Shown here piece by piece: positions 45,136 to 53,508 of a DNA stretch of 60,108 nt. This DNA comes from a virus. Lineage: Duplodnaviria; Caudoviricetes. How positions within the stretch are numbered: position 1 is the stretch's first letter; the number at the start of each line of letters is the position of its first letter. The DNA lies in IMG/VR virus record IMGVR_UViG_3300045000_000060, positions 1 to 60,108 of that record, one strand, 5' to 3'. Both the position numbers and the translations under genes were made by a program. The notes beneath the pieces are model-generated. The model ran no database searches. It worked only from the letters and a program-made list of their open reading frames with translations, and was not told where the DNA came from.

Positions 45136-45273
45136 GGCTTAGGTCCAAACCCGCGGATTGAGGGGGAGGCCACGCGGCCCTAACTTGATACCGATCAAGG
45201 GCTTAGGGCGGGGGGCAATGATGTTCCGTTAGTGGGCTTGACCGCAGGTTGGCCCGGAGGGTGTAATAGAGCC

Positions 45274-45885
45274 ATGAACCAGCTAGTCCATTATGTGCGT
45301 CGGGTCCGCGATGTTTTCCGGGAGCACCGACTAGGCGTCGTCACTTCCGAGTGGCACGAACAGCACGACACCGCGCGACCTGATTTCCGGGGCTATTCCC
45401 CAACGTCATATCGTGATTGGTGGGTAATTCGTCGCCACATCACCGTCTCTCCGCAGTCGGCATTCATCGACTACGGCGCAGGACTCGGCCGAGTGACTGT
45501 GCTTGCGGCCCGCATGCCATTTACCCGCGTCATCGGTCTCGAATTGGATGAGGGACTGGCTGAGCGCGCCAACGCGAACTTACGGAATGCGCGCGGAATG
45601 ATCGCTGCCGCGCAAATTGTCTGCCGCAATGCCGCGAGCTTCGAAGTGCCCCCCGATGCAACAACGTTCTATTTCTGCAATCCCTTTGCCGGGTCAGTTC
45701 TGTTTGCTGTCGTAGATAGGATTCGGGATTCACTTACCACACATCCTAGGCTCACGCAGTTAGTCTGCAACCTGCCGGAATCCAGTGCATTCGAAGTTGA
45801 AATCAAGGGCGTCCCGTGGCTCTGTCTGCGAAAGACGTTTGCGCTATATGAACGGCGAAAGTGCCTGATATTTGAGGCCGGCTAA
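45274..45885 (+). CDS. class I SAM-dependent methyltransferase (moron, antisense to late operon)
   Basis: YSPT, FIDYGAGLGR, IGLELD, YFCNPF; TTGACC/TGTAAT promoter-like at 45238-45267. Confidence 0.85.
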   Translation: MNQLVHYVRRVRDVFREHRLGVVTSEWHEQHDTARPDFRGYSPTSYRDWWVIRRHITVSPQSAFIDYGAGLGRVTVLAARMPFTRVIGLELDEGLAERANANLRNARGMIAAAQIVCRNAASFEVPPDATTFYFCNPFAGSVLFAVVDRIRDSLTTHPRLTQLVCNLPESSAFEVEIKGVPWLCLRKTFALYERRKCLIFEAG

Positions 45886-48290
45886 GCCGCCTTATTGAGC
45901 CACATTGGCGTGTTGTCGTTCGATGCCGGATCGAGGTCGCGCTTGAGCAGATACGGCAGGTTGTTGATGACGCCTTGGTTAGTGATGAACTCCACAGTAG
46001 CGGTGAACGGATCGCCTGATCCTGCAATATTCGCGCTGCACTCCGGCGAAAATTGATTCGACAACACCCACGCTCCGACTCCCGCCGCCGTCAATGTGTC
46101 GCCACTTTGCGCCCCCGATGTCGTCGTTGGCGTTATGGTGCGGGCAGTCGCATTTGCGACCTTCGCATTGATGATGGGGTTAATGCCTGTAGAAGAACTC
46201 GACGAACCAAGAATCTGGATATGCGCAATCTGATCAAGCTGAACGTTGAGAGAAACGCCTGTATATGCAGATGAAACCACAGTGTTCATGCTAGTTAGTT
46301 GTCCCCAGATGGGCACTATAGGTGTGACAGGCGCGCAGTTGGCCGCCGTCAATGTCCGCTTCGAATATGACCATAAAGGTGCCCCGGCTGGTGCTTGATT
46401 TAAATCTAATGCATCGGCGCTGCCACTACAATTCACGCATGTAAATTGCGGGGCGCTAACGACAACTACACTCGCTTGTCCTCCAGATAAAGGCATCGTT
46501 GGAAAGCCACCTGCCAACGATGTATCAATGTACGTATTAGTTGCGTCCTGCCTCAAATCGAGAACTTGAAACACCGGACCCTGACGCGGAAAAGCACCAC
46601 CAAACGAAACGTTGGCACCCGGTACGGCCCACACCATCGGCAAAGAGCCGCCATTTCCGTTGCATGCAAGGAAGTGTTGGCCGGACTGGCTCCCCGACGT
46701 ATTGACTGGAGCACCTCCGTCGCTCAGCGAAAATTGAAATGTATTAGCTGTGAGCCCTGCAGCCAGAACGAAGTAGCTCGTCCCCGCCGTCACACCAGTC
46801 GGAAGCGCCCCACTCGTGCCAAACACAATGCGGTAACTAGCTAGTAAGCCGTGAGCGGTTTTTGTCACAACCGCTGGAGACGCGATCGACATAGTCAAGT
46901 TGTTGACCGATTGCGTCGTTCCCTGAACATCGAAGTGCGTGCCATCTACAACAGTAATTGTTGCTGCGTGCGCTCCGCAGTTCGCATGTGTTAAGATGGT
47001 TATGTCGGTCACTAACCCCGTCGAATAACCAGCAGTAGAATCAACTAGAATACGCGAAAGGCCGGAGCCATTGTCAGCCGATCCGAGGATCTGAAAATTA
47101 TGCGGCACGGTAAAGGTGCCGCCCGACCATGCCCCACGAAGGTTGACTGCGTCGGCTTGGGCGGCAGTAGCGGTGATGCTGCCCATCGATGTATTAGAGA
47201 CCGATGTAAGCCCCATCGATGCGCCGTAAGCATGCGGACCGAAGCCAGCGTTCGTAATTGTTGAGTTCGTGATTGTATTTGCGAAAGCGGTCCCGTTAAG
47301 CGTAGTCAGTGTCACAGTATCGAGCGTCAAGCTTTGCACGCTCGCGCTTTGAAAGTTTAGCTGGCGAATAGGCAGGTTTTGATAAAGAACCGTTCCAATT
47401 ATCTTGTCGATTTCAATCGTACACCCTGACATGTCGCCGCCGATTACGCGGTACCGCATATTCTGGGTCGGAAAGGTACAATTGCCTCCAACAAAAGAGG
47501 GATTCCTCCAAGTTATGTCCCGCCCAATTGCCTGAGTTGGTGCGATTGTTTGGCTAATGCGAAGATTAGCGTATTCTTGTACTGTATCCCAATTTTGCTG
47601 CATCGCGTAGAGGGTCGCCGGGCCTCCTTGGTCCGAATGAAACGCATCGCCCCCATTATAAAGCGGCCACGTCGATTTATAGGTGTGGGCGAGAACATTG
47701 GTAAAACAAACTGTTCCGACACCCTTGGACGCAACCTTAGTCCATTCGTAAATCATTGGGTTTGCCGGGTCTCCGAAGCCCATCGGATCTATCCCGCCCA
47801 TCAGCACCCATTCGCCGACATTGTATAGACTTGTCTGTCCAGCCGTGATTAGCGTGACACACGATGAACCTTTAGCCGCGGTCTGCGTGCGGGCGGAGTG
47901 TACGTTGTCAAAATAGGTGCCGGCTGCTGATCCGCCGCCGAGAAAATACCCCCCAACGCCGCCACCATCGCTGAATGTTGCCCCGTTCGCGTCGAGGAGA
48001 AAGTTCTTCAGACCAGCAAAAATTGACTGCCCTAATCCGGGCGTCAAGAATGAGCAGGTATTCGCAGATGATGGAACGGTGAGTTTTATCAGTCCGCCCG
48101 GATGCCCGGACTGGAACGTAAGCGCATCACTCAGCCATGTTGTGAAGCCCGGCCCGTCATTTACGATGCCGTTGCAGGCGGTGTAGGTCGTGATGTTGTA
48201 GGTGATCGCAGGCTGCTGGCCAGCGCCATGCGTCCAAGCCAACAAAAACGTTAGCGATATGGCGCATAGAAGAAGCCGAGCCCATTTCAA
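45882..48290 (-). CDS. large signal-peptide-bearing beta-rich fibre/spike-like protein
   Basis: Sec-like leader; Thr/Asn/Gly-rich beta-helix-like body; paired Cys. Confidence 0.75.
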   Translation of the reverse strand: MKWARLLLCAISLTFLLAWTHGAGQQPAITYNITTYTACNGIVNDGPGFTTWLSDALTFQSGHPGGLIKLTVPSSANTCSFLTPGLGQSIFAGLKNFLLDANGATFSDGGGVGGYFLGGGSAAGTYFDNVHSARTQTAAKGSSCVTLITAGQTSLYNVGEWVLMGGIDPMGFGDPANPMIYEWTKVASKGVGTVCFTNVLAHTYKSTWPLYNGGDAFHSDQGGPATLYAMQQNWDTVQEYANLRISQTIAPTQAIGRDITWRNPSFVGGNCTFPTQNMRYRVIGGDMSGCTIEIDKIIGTVLYQNLPIRQLNFQSASVQSLTLDTVTLTTLNGTAFANTITNSTITNAGFGPHAYGASMGLTSVSNTSMGSITATAAQADAVNLRGAWSGGTFTVPHNFQILGSADNGSGLSRILVDSTAGYSTGLVTDITILTHANCGAHAATITVVDGTHFDVQGTTQSVNNLTMSIASPAVVTKTAHGLLASYRIVFGTSGALPTGVTAGTSYFVLAAGLTANTFQFSLSDGGAPVNTSGSQSGQHFLACNGNGGSLPMVWAVPGANVSFGGAFPRQGPVFQVLDLRQDATNTYIDTSLAGGFPTMPLSGGQASVVVVSAPQFTCVNCSGSADALDLNQAPAGAPLWSYSKRTLTAANCAPVTPIVPIWGQLTSMNTVVSSAYTGVSLNVQLDQIAHIQILGSSSSSTGINPIINAKVANATARTITPTTTSGAQSGDTLTAAGVGAWVLSNQFSPECSANIAGSGDPFTATVEFITNQGVINNLPYLLKRDLDPASNDNTPMWLNKAA

Positions 48291-49414
48291 CAGCCGGCTC
48301 CCGTTGCGGCCAGAGTATGGCGACAGGTCGCCCCGCCGGTCGGCGTATAAGTCAGGACGATGATGCCTTGAGCGCCCGCAGCACCACTCCCACCCGCTCC
48401 TACGGAGGCGCCATAGGCACCGCCTCCACCTCCATACAAACCGCCGGCCCCAGGAACCCCTGATACCGTAGCGGCATTAGTTCCACCGGCTGCGCCGCCC
48501 CCACCGCCCGATCCATGCGTGGCGTCCCAGTCGATGCCGGCGCCGCCGGTTCCGCCGGTTCCAGTCGCGGCAGCAGCAGCGGTATTTCCTCCACCGCCAC
48601 CGCCGCCCGATCCGTGAGATCCATTGCCGCCAGCTGTGGGAGTTGTTGCGCTGGCTGTCCCTCCAATGCCGCCCGCGGTTGTGTCTAAAGCCGTTCCGCC
48701 GGCAGAACCATTATCAAGCCCTGCATCGCTTGCAGCATTTCCACCGCCGCCATTTCCACCGCCGCCCGAACCACCGTGAAGAGTGCCAGAAGCGCCACCC
48801 CCTGCGCCGCCGTTCCCGCCCGGTCCCGCAGCACCGCCGCCACCTGTGTTGCCAAAAGCGCTATTAATTGGAGCCCCGCCTGCGCCTCCACTAAATTTGG
48901 TTACCCCAACACCTGACGCCGCAACGCCACCGGAACCCGCCACCGGGCTGCCACTGCTGCCGCCAACACCCCCACCGCCAGCTTTTGCACCTACTTGGAC
49001 CGCTGTTCCAGCGATGCTGGCACAATTCGTTGTCGCGTTACAGACAAAGGTATCAGTGCCGCTATTTCCTGTTCCTGCCCCGCTCCCAGCTCCTCCGGTG
49101 CCGACTGCAATACCTATTTGCCCGCTAAGGGCGATTCCGGTTGACTTGGAATAGGCTCCGCCGCCGCCACCCGCGCCATTGTTGACTGAATTCGAGCCAG
49201 AACCCGCGCCACCCCCACCGATAGTCTCGACCGTGCCGGTGCCGGGCCAGTCGCCCGGCATCGTGATCGTGGTCGCAGTCGTATCAGTACAGACAATGAT
49301 CTTGGGCGGACCGGCAACGATGGTCGACAGCGTGCAATCCGCCGCTTGCGCATCCGACCAGCCAAAGCCGATCAGTGCAATCAGCGCGGCAAGTATCCTG
49401 AATGCCCTGGCCAT
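48287..49414 (-). CDS. glycine-rich fibre protein with signal peptide
   Basis: AQA cleavage site; GGGG repeats; GAQGIIVLTY. Confidence 0.8.
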   Translation of the reverse strand: MARAFRILAALIALIGFGWSDAQAADCTLSTIVAGPPKIIVCTDTTATTITMPGDWPGTGTVETIGGGGAGSGSNSVNNGAGGGGGAYSKSTGIALSGQIGIAVGTGGAGSGAGTGNSGTDTFVCNATTNCASIAGTAVQVGAKAGGGGVGGSSGSPVAGSGGVAASGVGVTKFSGGAGGAPINSAFGNTGGGGAAGPGGNGGAGGGASGTLHGGSGGGGNGGGGNAASDAGLDNGSAGGTALDTTAGGIGGTASATTPTAGGNGSHGSGGGGGGGNTAAAAATGTGGTGGAGIDWDATHGSGGGGGAAGGTNAATVSGVPGAGGLYGGGGGAYGASVGAGGSGAAGAQGIIVLTYTPTGGATCRHTLAATGAGC

Positions 49415-49433
49415 AGCGTTCGCTGTGTACTGG

Positions 49434-50216
49434 TTATTGCTGGACGTAGGTGATGACGCCCGACACGCGACTGGTCGTGTTCTGCGTCAGGCAGACATTG
49501 TCGGCATTTGCGGCGCTGGCGATCGCGACTGCGCCCAGGCCGTTGCCGGAGGTCAGACCGCCGTTCGCGGCGAGGCTTTGGCCGTTGGCCGCCGTTGTGC
49601 TGCCCAGCACGGCCGACGAGCCCGTCGCGCATACCGCGCCGGTGCCGGCGATGAGGTTCACGATCTCGGCTGCGCCGACAATCAGGTTGATCGAGCAGAT
49701 GTAGGTTTTCTTCGCTGAGGTCCCAGCGATGATCTGCGTGCTGGTCGCCTGGCTGATCGGGACGTTCGTCTTGGCGATCTGGCTGCACGGGTCCGGCGTC
49801 GTAAAGCCGATCAGGTTGGCGCCAGCCGGAATTGAAGCGCTGACCGACGTGTTGAGGGTCGAGAGGTTCTGGTTGGTCCGCTTGACCAGCTGCCCGATCG
49901 TGCAGGTTCCGTTGTCGGTCGCACAGGCGGCATCGGCGAGGCCGGTCACAATATCTGGATTACGCGTCACCAGCGCGAGGTCGGTCTGCGCGGCGGCCGA
50001 CGAGGCGGCTTTCACGGTGACGCAGTTGGCGCCGGCGACGCCGTCGCACAGGACACCGGCCGCGAGGTTATTGGTGCTGCCGTCGGTCACCGTGGTAAAG
50101 GTGATGGTCGCGCCCGCGGCGTTTTTCGTCGTGATCGTACCAGCCCCGGCCCATGCGAGGGACGGGACCAGCGCGCTTGCAAGCAGCGCGGCGCGACAGA
50201 TGCGAAGCGCGATCAT
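49434..50216 (-). CDS. signal-peptide-bearing head fibre-like protein
   Basis: MIALRICRAALLASALVPSLAWA; IPAGANLIG; paired Cys. Confidence 0.75.
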   Translation of the reverse strand: MIALRICRAALLASALVPSLAWAGAGTITTKNAAGATITFTTVTDGSTNNLAAGVLCDGVAGANCVTVKAASSAAAQTDLALVTRNPDIVTGLADAACATDNGTCTIGQLVKRTNQNLSTLNTSVSASIPAGANLIGFTTPDPCSQIAKTNVPISQATSTQIIAGTSAKKTYICSINLIVGAAEIVNLIAGTGAVCATGSSAVLGSTTAANGQSLAANGGLTSGNGLGAVAIASAANADNVCLTQNTTSRVSGVITYVQQ

Positions 50217-50470
50217 TTCGGCGGCTCCTGTGTGTTCTTCAGTTCGACGTCCGGTGTGGCGGGCGTTTGCTGCGTCACCTCCGGGGCGGCGTCGAGCAGC
50301 GTCTTGAGCTGCACCGTGACCGACGCAACCTGCAGCCCATAGGCCTTGGTGGCGAGGTCGAGGACCTGCGCCAGCGCGGCCCGGTTCTGGTCGTTGAGGA
50401 TCAGCGCCACGTCCTTGGCGCTGGTCGGCACTGGGGCGAGCAGGAGGAGCGCGAGGAAGAATCGGCTCAT
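50213..50470 (-). CDS. small signal-peptide protein
   Basis: MSRFFLALLLLAPVPTSA; coupled. Confidence 0.65.
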   Translation of the reverse strand: MSRFFLALLLLAPVPTSAKDVALILNDQNRAALAQVLDLATKAYGLQVASVTVQLKTLLDAAPEVTQQTPATPDVELKNTQEPPK

Positions 50471-50679
50471 CGGAGAACCACCATGTATTGGATCGTGCCG
50501 CATGCCGTGGTGAAGTCGAGACCAACTGCGCCGCAAGGCGTGCTGGGGGCCGCCGCGCCGCCCCCGCTGCGGCCCGTCAGCGTGATCCCCATCCCGCTCA
50601 TCGAGCGCTGCGCATGCGCACAGGCCACAAGGCCGATGAGGGCTGCGGCAGCCGAGAGGCAGAGCCAGGTGCGGGACAT
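50467..50679 (-). CDS. small signal-peptide protein (spike adaptor candidate)
   Basis: AHA cleavage site; GMGITL; PCG...ACG. Confidence 0.6.
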   Translation of the reverse strand: MSRTWLCLSAAAALIGLVACAHAQRSMSGMGITLTGRSGGGAAAPSTPCGAVGLDFTTACGTIQYMVVLR

Positions 50680-50686
50680 CGCGACC

Positions 50687-51019
50687 TCAATAGAGCCCGG
50701 AGATGCTGGTCGCGGTCGTCCCGGTCGCCAGTACCTTGTCGACCCGGATGGGAAGAAGGAATCCCGTTGGAACGCCGACGATCGTGTCGGTCGTCCCGTC
50801 GATGTAGCGCACCGCGAGATTGCCGGTTCCCCCGACCCAGACGGCGCGCGTTGGCTGGGTAAAGACGGTCGCATCGCTCGCGGTGACCGCGAAGCCGCCG
50901 GTCGCCGGGCTGTCGAGGCTGACGGTGTAGCTCGCGAACTTGTCGGCGGCGAAGCAGACCCCGCCAAACGCGAGCAGCAGCGAACCCACCAGGAAGCTTC
51001 GCCGAGTCGACATAGACAA
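50687..51019 (-). CDS. head spike base protein (RcGTA Rcc01079-like) with Tat-like leader
   Basis: SPATGGFAVTASD...TRAVWVGGTGNLAV...LPIRVDKVLATGTTA; STRRSFL. Confidence 0.8.
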   Translation of the reverse strand: MSMSTRRSFLVGSLLLAFGGVCFAADKFASYTVSLDSPATGGFAVTASDATVFTQPTRAVWVGGTGNLAVRYIDGTTDTIVGVPTGFLLPIRVDKVLATGTTATSISGLY

Positions 51020-51046
51020 TCCTCCAGCGCTTTCGCCCGACGGGAA

Positions 51047-51700
51047 TCAGGTGAGCGGATTGATGTAGGGGCCGAGATCGTCCATCACGTCTTGCGAGAT
51101 GGAGGGATCATTGGACGCGCCGATCCAGCGCTGCACTTCCATCACCCCGGGGATGTTGATCTGCCGAACGTTCGGATCGCGACCGTCTTTGAACCAATAC
51201 AGGCGCATCAGCTTCTCAGCGGCGCGCTTGAGGCCTTCCGGAACGGTGTCCCAGCCGGCGTCATAGCTGACGACGACCAGGCCACGTGCCCACTCCATCG
51301 GGTTGCCGTTGAATAGGCGCATCAGTCCGCCGCTACCCGCCCGGACCTCGTAGTCCGCAGCGACCAATGTCGTCCCGGCTTCCACAACGGACGTGATCGC
51401 GACAATCGGGCGGCGAGAGAGATAGAGAACGGTCCGGTCGCCCTGATGCTCGCTGCGACCCCACCAGCGATTGAGCCGGAAGGTGTCGGTCAGGCTTTCC
51501 TTGCGCAGCGTCGCGGGTGTCGCCCCGTCGGTCGCCACCTTGCAGGCCTGCGTGATCGCGTCGGCGACGCGCCGGCCCAACCGCGCCAGATCAACATCTT
51601 TGCTGCCGTCGGTAACGCCAACTGCAGTGCGCAACTCGGCACTCGTCAACAGCGTCAGATCATTCGCGGCGGTGGCGACGCGGAGAACGGGCGATAGCAC
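51047..51700 (-). CDS. head-tail adaptor
   Basis: LLTSAEL...LSRRPIVAITSV.E...VVSYDAGW..VPEGLK.A. Confidence 0.85.
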   Translation of the reverse strand: MLSPVLRVATAANDLTLLTSAELRTAVGVTDGSKDVDLARLGRRVADAITQACKVATDGATPATLRKESLTDTFRLNRWWGRSEHQGDRTVLYLSRRPIVAITSVVEAGTTLVAADYEVRAGSGGLMRLFNGNPMEWARGLVVVSYDAGWDTVPEGLKRAAEKLMRLYWFKDGRDPNVRQINIPGVMEVQRWIGASNDPSISQDVMDDLGPYINPLT

Positions 51701-51712
51701 GGGCGGAACCGC

Positions 51713-52219
51713 TTATTCGATCGAATAGCTGAAGTTGAAGTCGATGTTGGTCGCCGTCGTAATCGCGGATCCCGTGATGTTGGCCGTGATCGCCGTGCCG
51801 GCGTCATTGGCCGTGTACGATGCGCCATCGGCGAGCACCGCGGCGCCCGCGCCACCGTCCTTCAGAACCGCGCTTTGCGTCAGAGACGCCTGCGCGAACG
51901 CGACGAGCTTGCGCGAGGTTCCGACCGTGCCGAGCACGTCGACCGTGGTCACAGCCGCAGCGGCGCCGCCAACCGCAATCGCCGAACAACTCACCATGCG
52001 GATCGACTTGCCCGCAACGGCGGGCACGAGCGTGATGCCGGCATTGACCTGCGCGATCGTAAAACGCTGGCGCACATTGTGCACCACGGCGCCGTTCGCA
52101 TCGGCGACGATTCCGCCGGCCTCGATCACCAGCTGACCGCCGCTCTTGACGACAAGCGCGTCGCCGTTGCTGACATGCTGCACTTTTGTAGCAATCGTGG
52201 GATCGGAAGCGGCGACCAT
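51713..52219 (-). CDS. head-associated structural protein
   Basis: GDALVVKSGGQLVIEAGG head-fibre-like N-terminus. Confidence 0.7.
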   Translation of the reverse strand: MVAASDPTIATKVQHVSNGDALVVKSGGQLVIEAGGIVADANGAVVHNVRQRFTIAQVNAGITLVPAVAGKSIRMVSCSAIAVGGAAAAVTTVDVLGTVGTSRKLVAFAQASLTQSAVLKDGGAGAAVLADGASYTANDAGTAITANITGSAITTATNIDFNFSYSIE

Positions 52220-52221
52220 GG

Positions 52222-52998
52222 CTACGGTTCCTTCGTCAGAGGGTTGGGATGCTTGGAGTGGTCATAACGCGCCTCGATCTCATCGGCGCTCGGCAGCTTA
52301 TCGCGCGGCGTAAAGGCCACGCGCACCGGCTGGTCGCCCCCGCCTGTCAGGTCGAGATCGAGGGTGTCGTAGCCGTAAATGCGATCCTGCTCGTCGCACA
52401 TCGCGTCCATCAGCGACGTCTTGTCTGGAATGCCGATGCGAATCCCGCGCGCCTTGGCGATGCCAAGATGGAATTCGGTGCAGGCGCGGCCCTTCTCGGC
52501 GTCATGCGCGTTCGGATAGGTGTAGTCGCAGCCGAACATGGTGATGCGCTTGACACCGATATGGACCGCATAGGCGACCGCGTAGGCCGCCGTATTGTTG
52601 AAATAGGCGATGCCGCAGGAATTGATCACGTCCTCGAGCGGGAACGCGACCAAGCCGGGATAGTCCGGATGCGTACGGCTGGTGTAGACCGGGCCCGGAT
52701 GCTTGCGCAGCCAGGCGAGCATGGCGGCGATATTGCTTCGCGGACGGGCGGCCGCTCGGATTTCCTGGATGCGCACGTCGTCCATGTGGAAGATGCGGTC
52801 GCATTGCAGCACGTCGCCGAGCGCATTGATCGCCCACACCTCGTCGGCGAACCAGCGCCGATTGCCGATCCGCTTGACGCGATCCATGTAGGCTTCGGCC
52901 GAGGGGCCGAGCCCGATGATCACGACATGGGCGGGTGGCGCAGGTGCCGCCGGCGGCTTGACTGATACCGCCCGCCGACGGCTCTTGCGTCGCGCCAC
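52222..52998 (-). CDS. glycosyltransferase-like protein (GT29/GT42/Maf-type fold)
   Basis: VVIIGLGPS, VWAIN, NTAAYAVAYAVHIGVKRITMFGCDY. Confidence 0.7.
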   Translation of the reverse strand: MARRKSRRRAVSVKPPAAPAPPAHVVIIGLGPSAEAYMDRVKRIGNRRWFADEVWAINALGDVLQCDRIFHMDDVRIQEIRAAARPRSNIAAMLAWLRKHPGPVYTSRTHPDYPGLVAFPLEDVINSCGIAYFNNTAAYAVAYAVHIGVKRITMFGCDYTYPNAHDAEKGRACTEFHLGIAKARGIRIGIPDKTSLMDAMCDEQDRIYGYDTLDLDLTGGGDQPVRVAFTPRDKLPSADEIEARYDHSKHPNPLTKEP

Positions 52999-53000
52999 GG

Positions 53001-53423
53001 TCAGGTCGCGACCGGGGCGTTGACCGGAGCGCCGAGCAGGACGTCGGCGCCGTTGATGGCGGCCGCGGTGACGGTCTGCAGCGTGTTGACGCTGACATAC
53101 CGCTTGGCGCCCTTGTAGCCGAGACGCTTGGTGACGTTCTTCGATACGCCCGAGGTCCGCGTCGCGGCCTGGCCAATGCTGGCATTGAGTTCCAGCCCGA
53201 TCATGTCGCCGTCGGCGACCGACGTCATGGTGCCGGTGACGTCGCCCTCCTTGAGCACCGGGATGATGGTCGCGTTGGTGGCGGTGACGGCGCCGTAGCT
53301 CATGAGTATCTCGACGCCGGCAAAGCCGGAGCGGTCGATGATTTTTCCGGTCGCCGCGCCCGCCACTGGCGAGATCGAGCGAACGGCCTTGATGTTGTCG
53401 TGAAGATCGTATTGTCCACCCAT
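53001..53423 (-). CDS. capsid decoration/cement protein
   Basis: follows MCP; DLHDNI...IDRSGF...LGYKGAKRYV. Confidence 0.75.
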   Translation of the reverse strand: MGGQYDLHDNIKAVRSISPVAGAATGKIIDRSGFAGVEILMSYGAVTATNATIIPVLKEGDVTGTMTSVADGDMIGLELNASIGQAATRTSGVSKNVTKRLGYKGAKRYVSVNTLQTVTAAAINGADVLLGAPVNAPVAT

Positions 53424-53467
53424 GGGGATGCTCCGCTTGCTGAGTGCCAAAATGTGAGTCCGAGGGA

Positions 53468-53492
53468 AACGGCGCCGCCTTGCGGCGGCGCC
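53468..53492 (-). terminator. hairpin after capsid gene (terminator/stabiliser)
   Basis: GGCGCCGCC-GCAA-GGCGGCGCC followed by GTTT. Confidence 0.55.
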
Positions 53493-53508
53493 TTCACGTC
53501 GCGGGCGC

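Noticed and set aside
48287-49414. collagen-like or tandem DNA repeat
   Set aside because: Gly runs lack G-X-Y periodicity and codons vary; it is an ordinary glycine-rich fibre domain.
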